Assembly: GCA_973895155.1 (NCBI GenBank)
Contig: OZ316891.1
Location: 19,183,048-19,247,047, forward strand
Direction of reading: 5' to 3'
DNA length: 64,000 bases
Source: Marsupella aquatica
Lineage: Eukaryota; Plantae; Marchantiophyta
The notes below the pieces were generated by a model. It worked only from the letters and a program-made list of their open reading frames with translations, searched no databases and was not told where the DNA came from. Below are positions 27,501 to 39,880 of this stretch, piece after piece; position 1 is the stretch's first letter; every line of letters begins with the position of its first letter. Both the position numbers and the translations under genes were made by a program.

Positions 27501-29449
27501 AACATGATATTTGAGGAGCTCGAAGGAAACTTAACCGATCTTATATTCAACAAGCGCTCCGGAGTAGTTGCTGCTCTGTTTGCAGCTTGCGGTCGGTTTC
27601 ACACTCGCCAGAAAGAGGTGTGTTTGACTCGTCTGGGCTGTCCGATCCATCTCTAGGGATCCTTTCTTCATTGCCATTGCCAGCTGTAGTTCTATCGGAG
27701 GAGATTGATATAAAAGCACTTCTAAGGGAAAGAATTATCCCTGCAAAATTTTTACTTACTGGTAGCTCTGCAACCTTCATAACCAGTGTTCAGCCAGCTT
27801 AACGTCATCACTTCTGTCTGCAATTATGACGGTGATCCTTATCTCAAGCCGTTAATCCTATTCAAGTGATTCCTTGCTAAGTGGATCTCCATTGTCATGT
27901 TATTCACTATTATGATGGGCTTGCTGGCAGGCATGTCGAGCCCTTGCTGTTGCAGTAAACTCCAATCGAGCATCCCCTACAGAACTCGTACCGAGACTTT
28001 TGTTCCTAGAAAGTGCTTCAGAGGATGGAACGTTTTCTGTAGATCTAAACGCGTTCTCTGGCTCTAAAATGTCCGTGATCGGCAGTGTCATACTGCAAAC
28101 AATTTTGACCTTTCCCAAGGTATGTTTTCTCTGGATTTTTACCTATCAATTAAACAGGTTCATTGTAGTGTCCACTCCGTGCACAATGTACATGCCTTCC
28201 ATCGACCGTTTGAAGTGAGGTCTCCACCTCACTTTTTCCATCACATAATTTTCTTTCTCAAAGACTATGCTGCCCTGAGACTGATGTTTGTCAGTTTGAT
28301 GCTAAACTCAGTGTCTGGACAAGAAGATGGTGTTTTGAGGTCTCGCGTAATGTCAGGTCGTGATATTGAAGGTGACCTGGATGATCGTTATAACTTTGCA
28401 GGAATGTAGCCAGCAATTTTGTGCAAGTATTGCGGCGATGGAATCTGGGAACCTATTACACACTGTACGAGATGCAAGCGGCAGCAGAGTGATAGAAGCT
28501 TTCCTTGAGTCATCAGCAGCACCTGCAAAGCATAAGCACCGAATCATCTCCAAGTGAGCCATTCTCGCGACTTCCTAGTTTGTGTATCCTAATAGGGAAC
28601 TCATTTTTCGTTCTTTTGTAAGCATGCACGTTGCAATCATGAACAAAGAAATCCTCGCGGATGTGTTTTTATGTTTGGATCTAAATTTTCGGGTTGTCAA
28701 ATTGCGAATTGTTGATGTGACATCCTTGAAGATCGGATTTATGTGCTCAAGCTACCTTTCTCAGCTAAAAGGGGGAGGGCGTCTATTGCAATTTCCTGTG
28801 TTTGATCCAGGAAATGTATCTAACTTTGTGTTTCCTTTGTGGTAAGGCTGGAAGGGCATTTTACAGAGTTGGCCCTTCATCCTATTAGTTGTTTTACTGT
28901 TGAAAAGGCATTTGGCGCATCCGACATCAAGCTCAAAGAGAAGATTGCATCAGAGTTGGCACCTGTGCAGGCTGACTTGTCCAAGACTCGTAATGGTGCT
29001 CGAATCTCAAGACGATGTGACATTGTTGGGTAAGTCCTGCTTGCATAACGCTGAGTTCTCACCCCTGTTTGAGAAAGTTTGTCAATTGTATGATGCTTTC
29101 ATATCTGGAGCATTCTTTGACGTGAGGGTGGCTGAATTTGTGACGTGACAGGTATACCAAGCAACCAGAGCAATGGCGAATGAAAGAGAGTACAAAGCAA
29201 AAAACAAACAAAGCTTTCACTGAACTCTTCAAGCCAGATTCAGAAGATCCTCTGGTAGACGAAACTGAAGAAGCAGTGTTCCTAAAGAAAGACAGCGCTG
29301 ACTTGAAAAAGGAAACTAGTAAGGGTACCCTTAACAAAGGGCAACATTTATCCAAAAAATTTAAGAAAGAAACGAAAAATACAGCTAAATCCAGTGTGCT
29401 GCAAAACGAAAAGGTTAGAATGTTTGAAGCCGTGTTGAGAGGAATGTGA
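24515..29449 (+). CDS. NOP9: Nucleolar protein 9 / Pumilio 23-like RNA-binding protein (18S rRNA maturation)
   Basis: Phase-consistent GT-AG exons: 24515-25153, 25472-25783, 26657-26827, 27192-27335, 27498-27617, 27931-28119, 28402-28553, 28847-29029, 29152-29449 (or donor at 29414 with a further exon). Nop9/APUM23-type motifs: RKRLDPQTKSYF, ASHILE, YGSHVLR, SSHLMEV, HPSANFIVQ, GSRVIEAFL, LALHPISCFTVEK. Basic GR-rich N-terminus. The 3' end is uncertain. Confidence 0.9.
25394..25402 (-). promoter_or_regulatory. Telo-box (AAACCCTAA) in NOP9 intron 1
   Basis: TTAGGGTTT on + within GGGGTTTAGGGTTTCAGGGTTT. Telo-boxes are typical of plant translation and ribosome-biogenesis genes. Confidence 0.5.
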
Positions 29450-29888
29450 AAATTATAAGATATATGTTTTGAACTCTGAGGCTCTTCACTGTCAGAGAAG
29501 TGGATGTACAAAATCAACGATTCTTGTCACTTTCCTTCTGGTGTGCAGCATAATTTGGTTCGTCTATGTTCGGGTACACTCGCTAGTTTCCATATTGTGA
29601 TTGATTAACACAAGCTGACTTGGAACAGCAGGTAAGGCTTTCTCCTTTGTATGTTGGACATGATCACGCCTCTCCTCAAGTATGACAATTCCAAATATAT
29701 ATCACCCTGCCATAGAACAAAATGCTCCAAACCAGGAAACCAGGAGCCAACAGGATCCCAGAGGCATGAGACCCAATAACTAGGTAAAAACAGTTTTTAG
29801 AGCCAAGAGCCAAGAATCCCAGAAGGAGATCCAATAAAGAGGTGAAACAAGGGAAGAAAATACCCCAAGACCTAAGAGCCTGAGTGTC

Positions 29889-30287
29889 CCAAATAGCATA
29901 AGCACTCCAAATTTGCCAAAAGTTTCTTAGTCACACGCGTAAGTGTTGCACCTTTCAAACAGCATGAGAACTCCACAGCTCTGCCAAAAGTCTCTTGGTC
30001 ACATGCATAAGTGGTGGCCCTACAAACGGCATAAGAACTTCATAGCTTTCCCAATTGTCTCTTAGTCACATGCATAAGTGGTGCCCCTACAAACAGCATA
30101 AGAACTTCATAGCTTTCCCAATTGTCTTTTAGTCACATGCATAAGTGGTGCCCCTACAAACATCATTTGAACTCCATAGCCTTGCCAAAAGTCTCTTAGT
30201 CACATGCATGTGGTGCTGTCTGTACAAATAGCATAAGAACTCCAAAGCTTTGCCAAAAGTCTCAGCACATGTTTAAGTGGTGCATCC
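29889..30287. repeat. 67-bp minisatellite, about 6 copies
   Basis: Unit CACATGCATAAGTGGTGCCCCTACAAACAGCATAAGAACTTCATAGCTTTCCCAATTGTCTCTTAGT starts at 30000, 30067, 30134 and 30201, with degenerate flanking copies. Confidence 0.92.
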
Positions 30288-30830
30288 TTATTTCTAGAAC
30301 CTTAGGTAACACTTTGCAAGAAAAAAATACAAATCCGAAGTAAACCCATTTTGTTTTTAAGCGTCATCACTCATGCACCATCACGAGATGACTCTAAGCA
30401 TTCTGCAAAATGATAAACAATAGAGCTGTGAGTTAAAGAACTATATTGGGGTGAAATGAAGGGTTATCAATGCTGTTAAGCCCAAAATACAATTAAGTGT
30501 AACTTCTCGCAAGTACACAGATTCACTGATGAAACTTTAGTTGAGGGGTTGTGGGGCAGTGTTGTAAACTTGAAGTTGCCTCATTCTGGTCATCTCATTC
30601 TACTCGAGCAGAATTGCAAGTAAGTTGCCAGTGACTTAAATCAAAGCACATTGTGAAGCCCTTTTGGCAATCCCATCCCCTATTCAAGCCCCGAGTAGAT
30701 CAACAAGCAAGAGACTACAGTGTTCCCCCAACCACAGTCCCATGGTGCTGTGTTAAAAATTGAAAAGTCAGGTTGAGTGATCAAAAAGTCATTTCAAACT
30801 CAAACACAACAGCCAGGCACTATATTTGAG

Positions 30831-31086
30831 TTGGACAGTGAGATCAAACCTACTTCAACTCAATTCCCTTTTATGCCGTTCAGTTTGACTCAAGTCAATT
30901 CAAATGCCTTTCGAACACAACACCAATATTCAAACACAATGTCCATTTTCAAACACAATTGGACACTGTGATCAGACATACTTCAACTCCATTCCCTTTT
31001 ATGCCATTCAGTTTGACTCAACTCAATTCAAATGACTCTGGAACATAACGTCAATATTTTAACACAATGTCCATTTTCAAACACAG
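30831..31086. repeat. ~128-bp tandem duplication upstream of MnmA
   Basis: TTGGACA...TACTTCAACTC(A/C)ATTCCCTTTTATGCC(G/A)TTCAGTTTGACTCAA...ACACAATGTCCATTTTCAAACACA occurs at 30831 and 30959. Confidence 0.85.
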
Positions 31087-31433
31087 TGTCGCAAGGACAA
31101 AACCCTAAAACAAATCAAAACTTGAAGACATCAAAACTTGAATACAATGCCCAGTATGCACTATCCAAATGGCACTGTGTTTCTGGGGGCAATAGTAGGT
31201 CAACTGACCCTGGATATTGCCCAAATAACACTCTAGTCACCCCGATTTGGCCACATTACTTTCAGGTGTAACATTCCTCGAGCATGTTTTGGGAAAGTTC
31301 ATCCGTAGAGACAACGTTGGATGTAATGGGTTTTTTTTTTCTGTAGCAGATGAGAAAAACTACCGACGTAAGTCACGTAGACTGTTATCACCGCTAGATT
31401 GGCAATTTAAATCTATCTCTGCATTTCATCGTC

Positions 31434-34400
31434 ATGGCAGCAGCTTCTATGAAGCCTGCTGCTGTGTGCAAGAGGGTCTTGCAGCAATCACTACTGCGGC
31501 GTCTCGACGGGCAGCTCCTCCCTGAAGTGGGTTCGTCTGAGAGAAATTGGAGTAGGGTCTCTGCGGCAGAAAACCTCCATGTTTTGAGAGCCCATTGCAC
31601 GTCACTTGATGAATTTGTTGCAAGAGGCAGAGATGAACGCTCAAGGGGCCACGAAATGGGTAGTGGAGAGCAAGCACTGACGTTTATGAGCTATTCCCAG
31701 CGTACTCTGGCAATGTTGAGGAGTGTGCGGAGAATTTCTCATGGAATCTGGAATTTTAGGCAATTTTCCACCTTGAGTGGATCTCCAGGGTTCTCAAATG
31801 CTCCGACAGGGTCTACTGTCGCTGTCGGAATGTCAGGTGGCGTGGATTCGTCAATTGCAGCTTTGTTGCTGCAACGTCAGGTTAGCTCCCTGGACTTCAT
31901 TTCAAATTGAAATTGCTGCTGCGCTTAATGAAGCCCAGGGTTTAGGGTTTAGAGTAGGAGTCCTGAAGTCTTGATGGACGGTGCTATGTGTGGCTTAATT
32001 TACAAAATCCTGAAATCTAAGCTGTTAGTCACCATGGCTTTGTGTTTGGGTCATAATTGAATTGAGTTGTGCTGAGTTCAGTTGAGGGTTGAGCAATGGA
32101 ACAGAATTTGTAAGAAGGACATCGTTGCAGGGATACCGAGTGTTCGGAATATTCATGCGGAACTGGGATTCGAGTGATGAGGCCGGGACTACGGCTTGTT
32201 CGATGGAGCAAGACTATGAAGATGTTCAAAGAGTTTGCAAATATCTGGGTTAGTCCAGGCTTCGGGTGTCTTTGTCAGGGTTTGTACGCACTGGCATGAT
32301 ATCTTACAATATCCTGAGAACGAATTTGTGGGATTTATGCGGACTTCACGTGTTTCTCGTAGGTATCAAACTATACAACGTTGACTACCAGAGACGGTAT
32401 TGGATGGATGTATTTGAGTCTTTCACCAGCGATTGTGCTGTGGGTCTTACACCCAACCCTGATCTCGCTTGCAACCAGCATATAAAGGTAGAAGTCAACT
32501 CAAAGAAATGTTGAGAATCAACGTGGCTGTTTTATCCCTGCACTAGTTACATTTATTTGTTGTTTTGATTTGAAAAGCAACATGCCTCTTGAGTGCTCTC
32601 GTACTCGGACAAATTTGCCCAAGGCCAGATTTCAGTGTCCTACTCAATATACTAGGAAATCGGAAGCGGAAATGTTAAGTTTCAAGCACTGCACAGCTTA
32701 AATTACAATCAGATCAGCTAATCTAGGGATTTTCTGAACAGGCTCTTACCTAGTGATCTTTATGGTCTCCTTAATGCCAAACTACACTGAGAGTGGAGAG
32801 CCCTCTAAAAGATATCCATATATTGAAACATTGATAAAATGAGTAACATCTGGATGCTGGTTCTCAACAATCTAAATTGCTATATCCCTCCTGCACACTT
32901 CGATAGCGATATTGATCAATTCTTCTGTTGTCCCGTTACGGAGAATTTGTCGGCTTGCTAAGTGATGCGGTTACAGTTTGATGCTTTGTTAGAAAATGCC
33001 AAAGAATTGGGAGCAGACAGGCTAGCCACTGGTCATTATGCTCGCCTACTTCATCTTCCAGGTGGAAAACCTGTCCAACTTCTCCGGGCGATTGATCAGG
33101 AGAAAGATCAGTCATACTTTCTCGCTTCTGTGGTAAGTCTTCAGCCTATAATAACCAAACTCATCTACAGTGTTGTGCTACACCTTCCTTCCAACTGTCA
33201 CTTGAAAGAACGAGAAGTAGAAGATTATGATAGTTTTGACAACAGGGTACTGCATCTCCATTTATGTGCAACCTCTGTCCATAAAAGATGATATCCTGTT
33301 CACCAATGAGTCTGGGTTTGAATTTCTGTAATGCAATAGTAGATCCTGATGACTTTTATTCGCTTTTAACAGGCAGGCCATGCTCTGGAGAGAGTAATTT
33401 TCCCGTTGGGTTCGTTTTGCAAATCTGAAGTTCGGAAACTGGCAGTTTCCGAAGGATTGATTACAGCACAGAAGCGTAGCAGTGCTGGAATATGTTTTGT
33501 GGGAAGACGCAATTTTGCCGATTTCATATCGGAGTATGTAGACATGAGTCGTGGGCCATTCATTGCTGTGGAAGATATTTCAAAAGTTGGGACGCATGAG
33601 GGCATTGCAGCTTACACACATGGCCAAAGGGCACGGATTGGAGGAAAAGCTGAGGCTTTTTATGTTGTAGGGAAGGATGTATCCAATAATGCAGTCTTTG
33701 TTGCCCTGGGTCCGAATCACCCTGCTCTTTTTTGCACATCTGCCGTCGCTGGTATTTGACTTTCTTCCCCAGTAGAAGTTAGGACCGGAATCTGAATTTA
33801 GTAAGAATGTGTACCTGTGAAATATTGTCAGGTGCTGAATTACGTCATGGACCGGCATTAGGAGTGGATGTTTTGGGGAGTAAACGTCACATAATGCAAT
33901 AGTCGGTAGTTTTTGGTAGTAGATCGGCACTTGTAACGCAATTGCTGCTACCTTGAAAGAGGTGTGTCTTTTAGGCAGTGGTGTTTAGTGGCGACAAATG
34001 TTATTTGACTCATTTATGGTGTACTCTCTCGTCATTATCTTCAGATTCACTCTCTTGGATAGCTGGTGAACTGCCTCCAGCTCTGGCAGAAGGGAGAGTT
34101 TTAAAATGCTTATACAAGGCACGGTATAGACAGGCTCTTGAGGAGTGCACTGTGTGTTTAGCAAGTGCCCATTCGGAGGAAGCCCTCATAGAAGGTTTTG
34201 GGGTGGCTGGGAAGAATTGTGGAGAATTTGTGCCGAGTTCATTCTGTCGACTACAAGCAGTACCTCCATGCGGTCAACTCTTGCAGGTGACGCTTTCTTT
34301 TCTATCTGCTTTTGCCCAAATAGTAAACTTAGTCAAGGAATATCCCTAGAGCAGAGATGGGCAACGCAGGAGATTCTATTAGCATGGCATGCGTACAAAT

Positions 34401-34766
34401 TTGAAGCTGCTTACCCAAATTCAAGGAATACTAAGCCGAAATCAATGGTAACAAACTGACAGATCTGGATCGCACCATAGCACGTTGGTATTCGCACCCC
34501 TATAGAGCTGTGCTATCTACCTAATCTAAGCGGCGGCCTTTCTGATCCCTCTCGACTTTCTCATATTGCAGGTCAGATTTACAAAACCAGCCAGAGCAAT
34601 CACGCCAGGTCAGGCATTAGTGCTATATGATGGAGATATTTGTCTCGGAGCTGGGAGACTCCTCCACCCTGGACCCTCATTATTTGAACAAAACTTTGAT
34701 GCAGGCGAATGGAAGGTTGAAAAGGAAATTTCTGTGGAGGAATCTGGACTCAAAATGGGGTCATGA
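31434..34766 (+). CDS. mnmA: Organellar (probably mitochondrial) tRNA-specific 2-thiouridylase MnmA/TRMU
   Basis: Exons 31434-31880, 32131-32248, 32363-32487, 32977-33132, 33373-33751, 34045-34286, 34572-34766, all GT-AG and phase-consistent. Motifs: PP-loop [70 protein letters not shown]. The long Arg/Ser-rich N-terminal extension fits a transit peptide. Confidence 0.95.
31942..31950 (-). promoter_or_regulatory. Telo-box in MnmA intron 1 (another upstream at 31100-31108)
   Basis: CAGGGTTTAGGGTTTAG in intron 1; AAACCCTAA upstream of the ATG. Confidence 0.45.
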
Positions 34767-35734
34767 GATGATCATTTAGTGTCAAAGACAACAAAAATGT
34801 GGTGCTTGAGTGGTTGCAGCATCTTCTGAGCTAGCACATTGCTGGCCATGAAAGAGTTCAAGAGTAGTCCGCTCAGTAGTCGTGTAAATACGTTATTCCA
34901 TCATGTACCATCGCAAAATAGGAAATAAAGGTCTCCCCACATGATAGTGAAATTGGGTTTAGGGTCCTGGATCATTGACTCGGATTTTCAGAACCGTAGC
35001 AATTGCCAGATTGCTGGTTTTGTGGTGAACCATGGGGTTTGTGGCAGGTGCGGTTTAGCATGCTTGTCTCGTTTGGGTTTATAAATTTGAAATCTTTAAT
35101 GACAACTGGATGTGAATTTTGAAACAGACCAGGACTTCACACGCACACGAACCGATTGACATCATTAGTCAGGAATAACATGAAATTGGAGCCCTCAAAG
35201 TTCGTGCTTGGTGTCTTTATGCTTTTTAGTCTCGTTCATTTCAAAAAGCAAAATGATTGACACTTTAATGTTGGCATTCACAGATGTTGTGTTCATCTCT
35301 TGCCTAGACAATTATGGGCTTGGGTTCATGGTGGGAAAATTGTTAAGGTAACACCCTCCCAAGAAGGCTGTCTCCCAAACAAAGCTATATATCTGTCTGC
35401 CTGAGTTGCTTTTCTTGGAGAATGCTCTTGTGGCAGGCAGGGCATGAGGTAGCTTAAACTACCAATGGCCCTTTATGCCTTGTTCACTAGACATTTCTCT
35501 TGTAAATGCTTGGATGTTCATATGTGAGACTGGGGTGATGTTCTAGTGAAAGTTTTCCGGTCTAGGCTGGTAAATAAGAGGGAGGGCTATGGGCTGAAAC
35601 TCCCTTGGGCTAACCGTCCTTGAGAATTACAGCCCATAACTCCCTCAGGGTCATGGATGGGTTTATGGGTGCTTTTGACAAGACCTTTCCCTTGTAAATG
35701 CTTGGATGTTCATTTGTGAGACTTGGGTTATATG

Positions 35735-35915
35735 TAGGGTAATGACGGTTTGGTATTGGGTTACTAGCCTGTAACCTGTGACCAGAAAGTGAGAAAATGC
35801 TTACTGGCAGCGGTCGGGAAGCTTTTCTGAGCTTTGTGGGAACAGGTTTCAGACTAGAACCCCAGCCCAAGCAGTCTTTATCATATGTCATATTTGTCCG
35901 GAAAAAGATTACCAA
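35735..35915 (+). repeat. Dispersed repeat family, copy 1 (related copies at ~40145-40320 and ~58835-58960)
   Basis: TTGGGTTACTAGCCTGTAA..(T/G)GTGACCAGAAAG...GCTTTTCTGAGCTTT...CAG(A/G)CTAGAACCCC is shared with 58856-58952 and, more degenerately, with 40145-40320. Confidence 0.75.
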
Positions 35916-36904
35916 GGTAAGGTTTTTCGGGCACAGGGTTATGAAAATGGTAGCACCTAGTAGAAAAGATTACACACTGGTAACCTCTGGTAACCTTTCT
36001 TCCTGACAGGAATTATAAGACTAGTGAAAGTTTTGTGATACATGCCAGGTAATCAAGAGGGAGGGCTATGGCTGGGGCTCACCTTCCTTGGGAATAGCTC
36101 ATAACCCCCTCAGGGTGTGGTTTATCTACACTAAAACTTAAGTAGGAACCCAAATTTTTCTACCTGAAGTTTCTCTCTAGCACCCTAGGAGGGTCTCGTT
36201 TGCTTCTCCACAACTTGAGAAAGGGTAGTGGCAACTGCACATCAAATAGCAGCTAGGGTACATAGAAGTAACAACACTCACTAATGTAAAAGAATATTCT
36301 GGTTTATAGTGGTATGGAAAATTTGTTCAATCTGTTGGCACTTGCCACATAACAAAGTACACCATACTTTGTTACTTTTTGATGTGCAATTACCACCAGG
36401 GTTTCACAAAGTGTCCTTGATGTACTCTACAACCATGGAATAGGATCAAGTCCCTATTTTCAGTGGAACTTGGTGGATGCGGATTAGCAGTATCCTCGGG
36501 AGAATTGCATTTTCAAACTAGAAAAGGGGACCTGAACTTGAAGAAAGTGGATAGTCTAAGGAAATTACTTTAAAAAGTAAAGCATGGGCATCAAATCCGC
36601 TTCCCCAATTGCCGTTATCTGATCAGCCGCGTCCTAAACCAGGGTATGAAAAACAATCGATGGGATTTTGCTTCACACCTTCTACTGTAGACAACGTGGG
36701 TTCCACTTTAAGACAGTCTGATGTGCAGGATCCTCCTTCATCGCTAGGGTCTCATCTCCCTTCTCTTGTGGGCTGGTGATATCATAAGTTGAGACAAAAC
36801 CTCTGAATTCTGAAAGGAGTATTAGGGAGCCCCCATCATTGGGACTTTCAAGTGGGGGATCATGTCTTCCTATTGGGGTTTTGTCTTTTGATATATAATG
36901 TTAG

Positions 36905-37185
36905 GGACTCTCAAAACCAGGGACTCTCAAAGCCTCATAGTTACAGATGAAGGCTTTGCGGGTTAGAGTGACTTATGGTCATGGCATAAGACCAATCTAG
37001 CCTCCCTCTCAAAGCCTCATAGTTACAGATGATGGCTTTGCAGGTTAGAGCTGGTCATGGCATAAGATGGCTTTGCAGGTTAGAGTGACTTATGGTCATG
37101 GCATAAGACCAATCTTTATGGAAATTATTGATTAAGTGACTTATGATCATCACATAAGACCAATCTTTATGGAAATGATTGATTA
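36905..37185. repeat. Complex short tandem duplications
   Basis: CTCTCAAAGCCTCATAGTTACAGATGA occurs twice; GTGACTTATG(G/A)TCAT...CATAAGACCAATCT occurs three times. Confidence 0.85.
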
Positions 37186-38457
37186 TGAATTTGGCAGTCC
37201 ATCAAATTTGAGGTTTGAGAACTTCACTACTCAGTTAAGGTCCATCGATTGTTGAGGTTGGAGACCTCCTAATGTTTATCGATTAATAATTTTTGTCACT
37301 TTTTAGATCAGTCCATCAAATCTGATGTTTGAGACCCCTATCGTATGTCAAAGACTTATGAAGGGATGCAAAGCAAATATACCTACAGAAGAACAGTCAC
37401 ACATCGAATTTGCTGGTGCCAAATTAGTTCAAGAATTTGTTGAAACGATCCCCTGTCTATTTCTTTTACAATTGTGTGGTTTGCATCTCACGGAAGATTG
37501 TGTCGGTGCCGAATTTTAGTGAGCTATTCGCCTTCTGTTTTAGATTAGGCCGACTCGACCTCGACCCGTTGTGTGCGTGCATTTCTAATGGTTATTGTGA
37601 TGAAATCCTACAGGGTTACAAAAATCTTCGCAAGTACTCTGATTCGAACGGTCTCGAAGCGATAGGAAATGGGCCTGATCTGAAACGATTTGATATGGGC
37701 GGCACCGAGGGTTCTAAGATGCTTAGGATTGTCAAGAAAGAGGGAGATTAGTTCGAATTTTGAAGCGGGACTTAGGCCCATATCATGAAAGCTACCTGAC
37801 CTTGTTCGCAAATAGCATGTATTGGTGATTCTGGAGAGTGGACAGTTGTGCGTTGAAGATAAGAGCATAATAACGTCCAGCAGACAAGTTGGCCCAAAAC
37901 AAAGATCTGTTGGGAGAACTTACGAAACTTATCCAATCCCGTCCTGATTATGTTACACGTGTGTGACATGTTTACGGCCAGAACAAACGAGCTTGTGATA
38001 AAAACAGTTTCTTCCTATGGTTGCACTTGAACACGTTGTCGCAGCAGCACTGGGGCAATCAGGGCCATTACCAATGATTGGAACAGCAATTTCTGCTAAT
38101 TCCTTGCATAGGCTTCCTTGGAATTTCGGGAGCTTAATATCATGTGAGGAAACGGGGAGAACGATGAAAGGGAGTCATCGAGAGGCTTTCCAACCGGTCG
38201 ACACAGGATCCTAGTCCGATCCAATCCAAGTAGAATGCGATTCATCCGAAAGCGAGACAACCCGCAACGAGATGAAGATAGCTGAAATCCTGTCGAAATC
38301 AACGTAACCATAACACAAACAAGAGCAGAATGGATAAAGACTCAAATAATACACGACCACAATTTGAACCAGAGAACGCGTCGATTCGATAAGACAGGCA
38401 GCAATCACACAATTGGCACTAGCGCTCATCTGGAAGCGAGAAATTCGATACCGATCA

Positions 38458-39195
38458 ATGGGGACGAGCGATTGCTCGAGTTCGGCGGCCTCAACTAGCG
38501 AGGATGTGTGCAATGCAAGCGAGAAATCGTCCAACACCGACGCCGTCACGCTTCAGGTCGTGCACAAACGAAAGGAACGGATGACGAGACGGCAGACACC
38601 GCAGCAGCAGGGCGAGAAAGGCACAAGAACGCCAGAAGAACACACCCCGCTCCTCGCTCACGTCCCGGACGACATCACCATCGACCACATCCTGACCAGA
38701 GTCCATTGGAGCCTACTAAACATTCTCACGACGCTCAACCTCCAATGGTACCACGCAATCCGAAGGGGCAAGGTGTACAATGCGCGAGTCCGATTGCAAG
38801 CGACTCAAACGCTCGTGATCATCAGTCACCTTGCGCCGGCTCCTCTGAATATCGGGGCGCCTCCGACCGCCATCTCCGCATACGATCCCACTATGGACGA
38901 GTGGCACCTCTTGCCGCCCATCCCGAGCCCTGCCCACGACCCCATAGCTCTTCCGCAACTTCGCGGAGTCGTGTGTCTGAAAGGTCGACTGTACATCGTG
39001 ACAGGGTCTGAAGAGATTGCGGAGCCTCGACCGCTTCAGCGAAACCAATTCTTCGTGCTCGACTTCGGCGCCGCTGCGCGACGGTGGAACAAGTGCCGCT
39101 GCGCCAACACCGAGTCCGCGTCCAAGCGCGGCTACGGCGCCGTCAGCGACGTCGAGGATGGCAAGATCTGCGTTTGGGGGACGGTCCAGATCTGA
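38458..39195 (+). pseudogene. Truncated F-box/kelch-repeat protein (likely pseudogene)
   Basis: Intronless ORF with F-box-like PLLAHVPDDITIDHILTRVHW...W, followed by kelch-like AYDPTMDEWHLLPPIP, VVCLKGRLYIV and DGKICV. It terminates after about two blades with an apparent 1-nt loss near 39173. Confidence 0.7.
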
Positions 39196-39880
39196 CGCAC
39201 CGCCGTAGGGACGATCGGGTTCGCTCAAACCATGAATACTTGCTGAGAAATTCAAGCCTTTTGATGCAGTACACTGATTTATCATATTCAGTGTAGACGT
39301 TATGGTTTTAAAAGTTATGAAGAAAATGACATGTGTAACAAGTGCCGCTGCCGAGTCCGCGTCCAAGCGCCGCTACGGCGCCGTCAGCGACGTCGAGGAT
39401 GGCAAGATCTGCATTGGGGGACGGTCCAGATCTGACGGACCACTGTAGGGACGACCGGGTTCGCTCAAACCATGAATAATTATTACACAAACTCGAGCAT
39501 TTTGATGCAGTACACTGATTTATCATATTGAGTGTAGATGTAGATAGATGGGCTCTTTCTCTTCCTTTTCTCCCCTTAATTGGGTTGCATTTGCCTTTGG
39601 ATCATGTTTCCATGTTTTATATTTTCTGCCTTTGTGCAATGTGATATATAAGATAGACATTATTGTTTTAAAAATTATTAAAAAAAATGACATGTGGAAC
39701 AAGTGCGGATGTACAAACACCAAGTAGCTACGGTGCCGTTAGAGACGTCAAGGATGGCAATATCTGCGTTTTGGGGGATGGTCCAGATCTGACGGACCAC
39801 CGTAGGGACGATTGGGTTTGCTCCAAAAATGAATAAATAAATTACTGAGAAATTTACGCATCATTTGTCATTGTAGACAT
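39085..39880 (+). repeat. Triplicated 3' end of the F-box/kelch gene
   Basis: AACAAGTGC...GATGGCAA(G/T)ATCTGC...GGTCCAGATCTGACG...GTAGGGACGA occurs at ~39088, ~39337 and ~39698. Confidence 0.9.

Noticed and set aside
29889-30287. CRISPR-like regular repeat
   Set aside because: Whole units repeat with no unique spacers, there are no cas genes, and the context is eukaryotic. It is a minisatellite.
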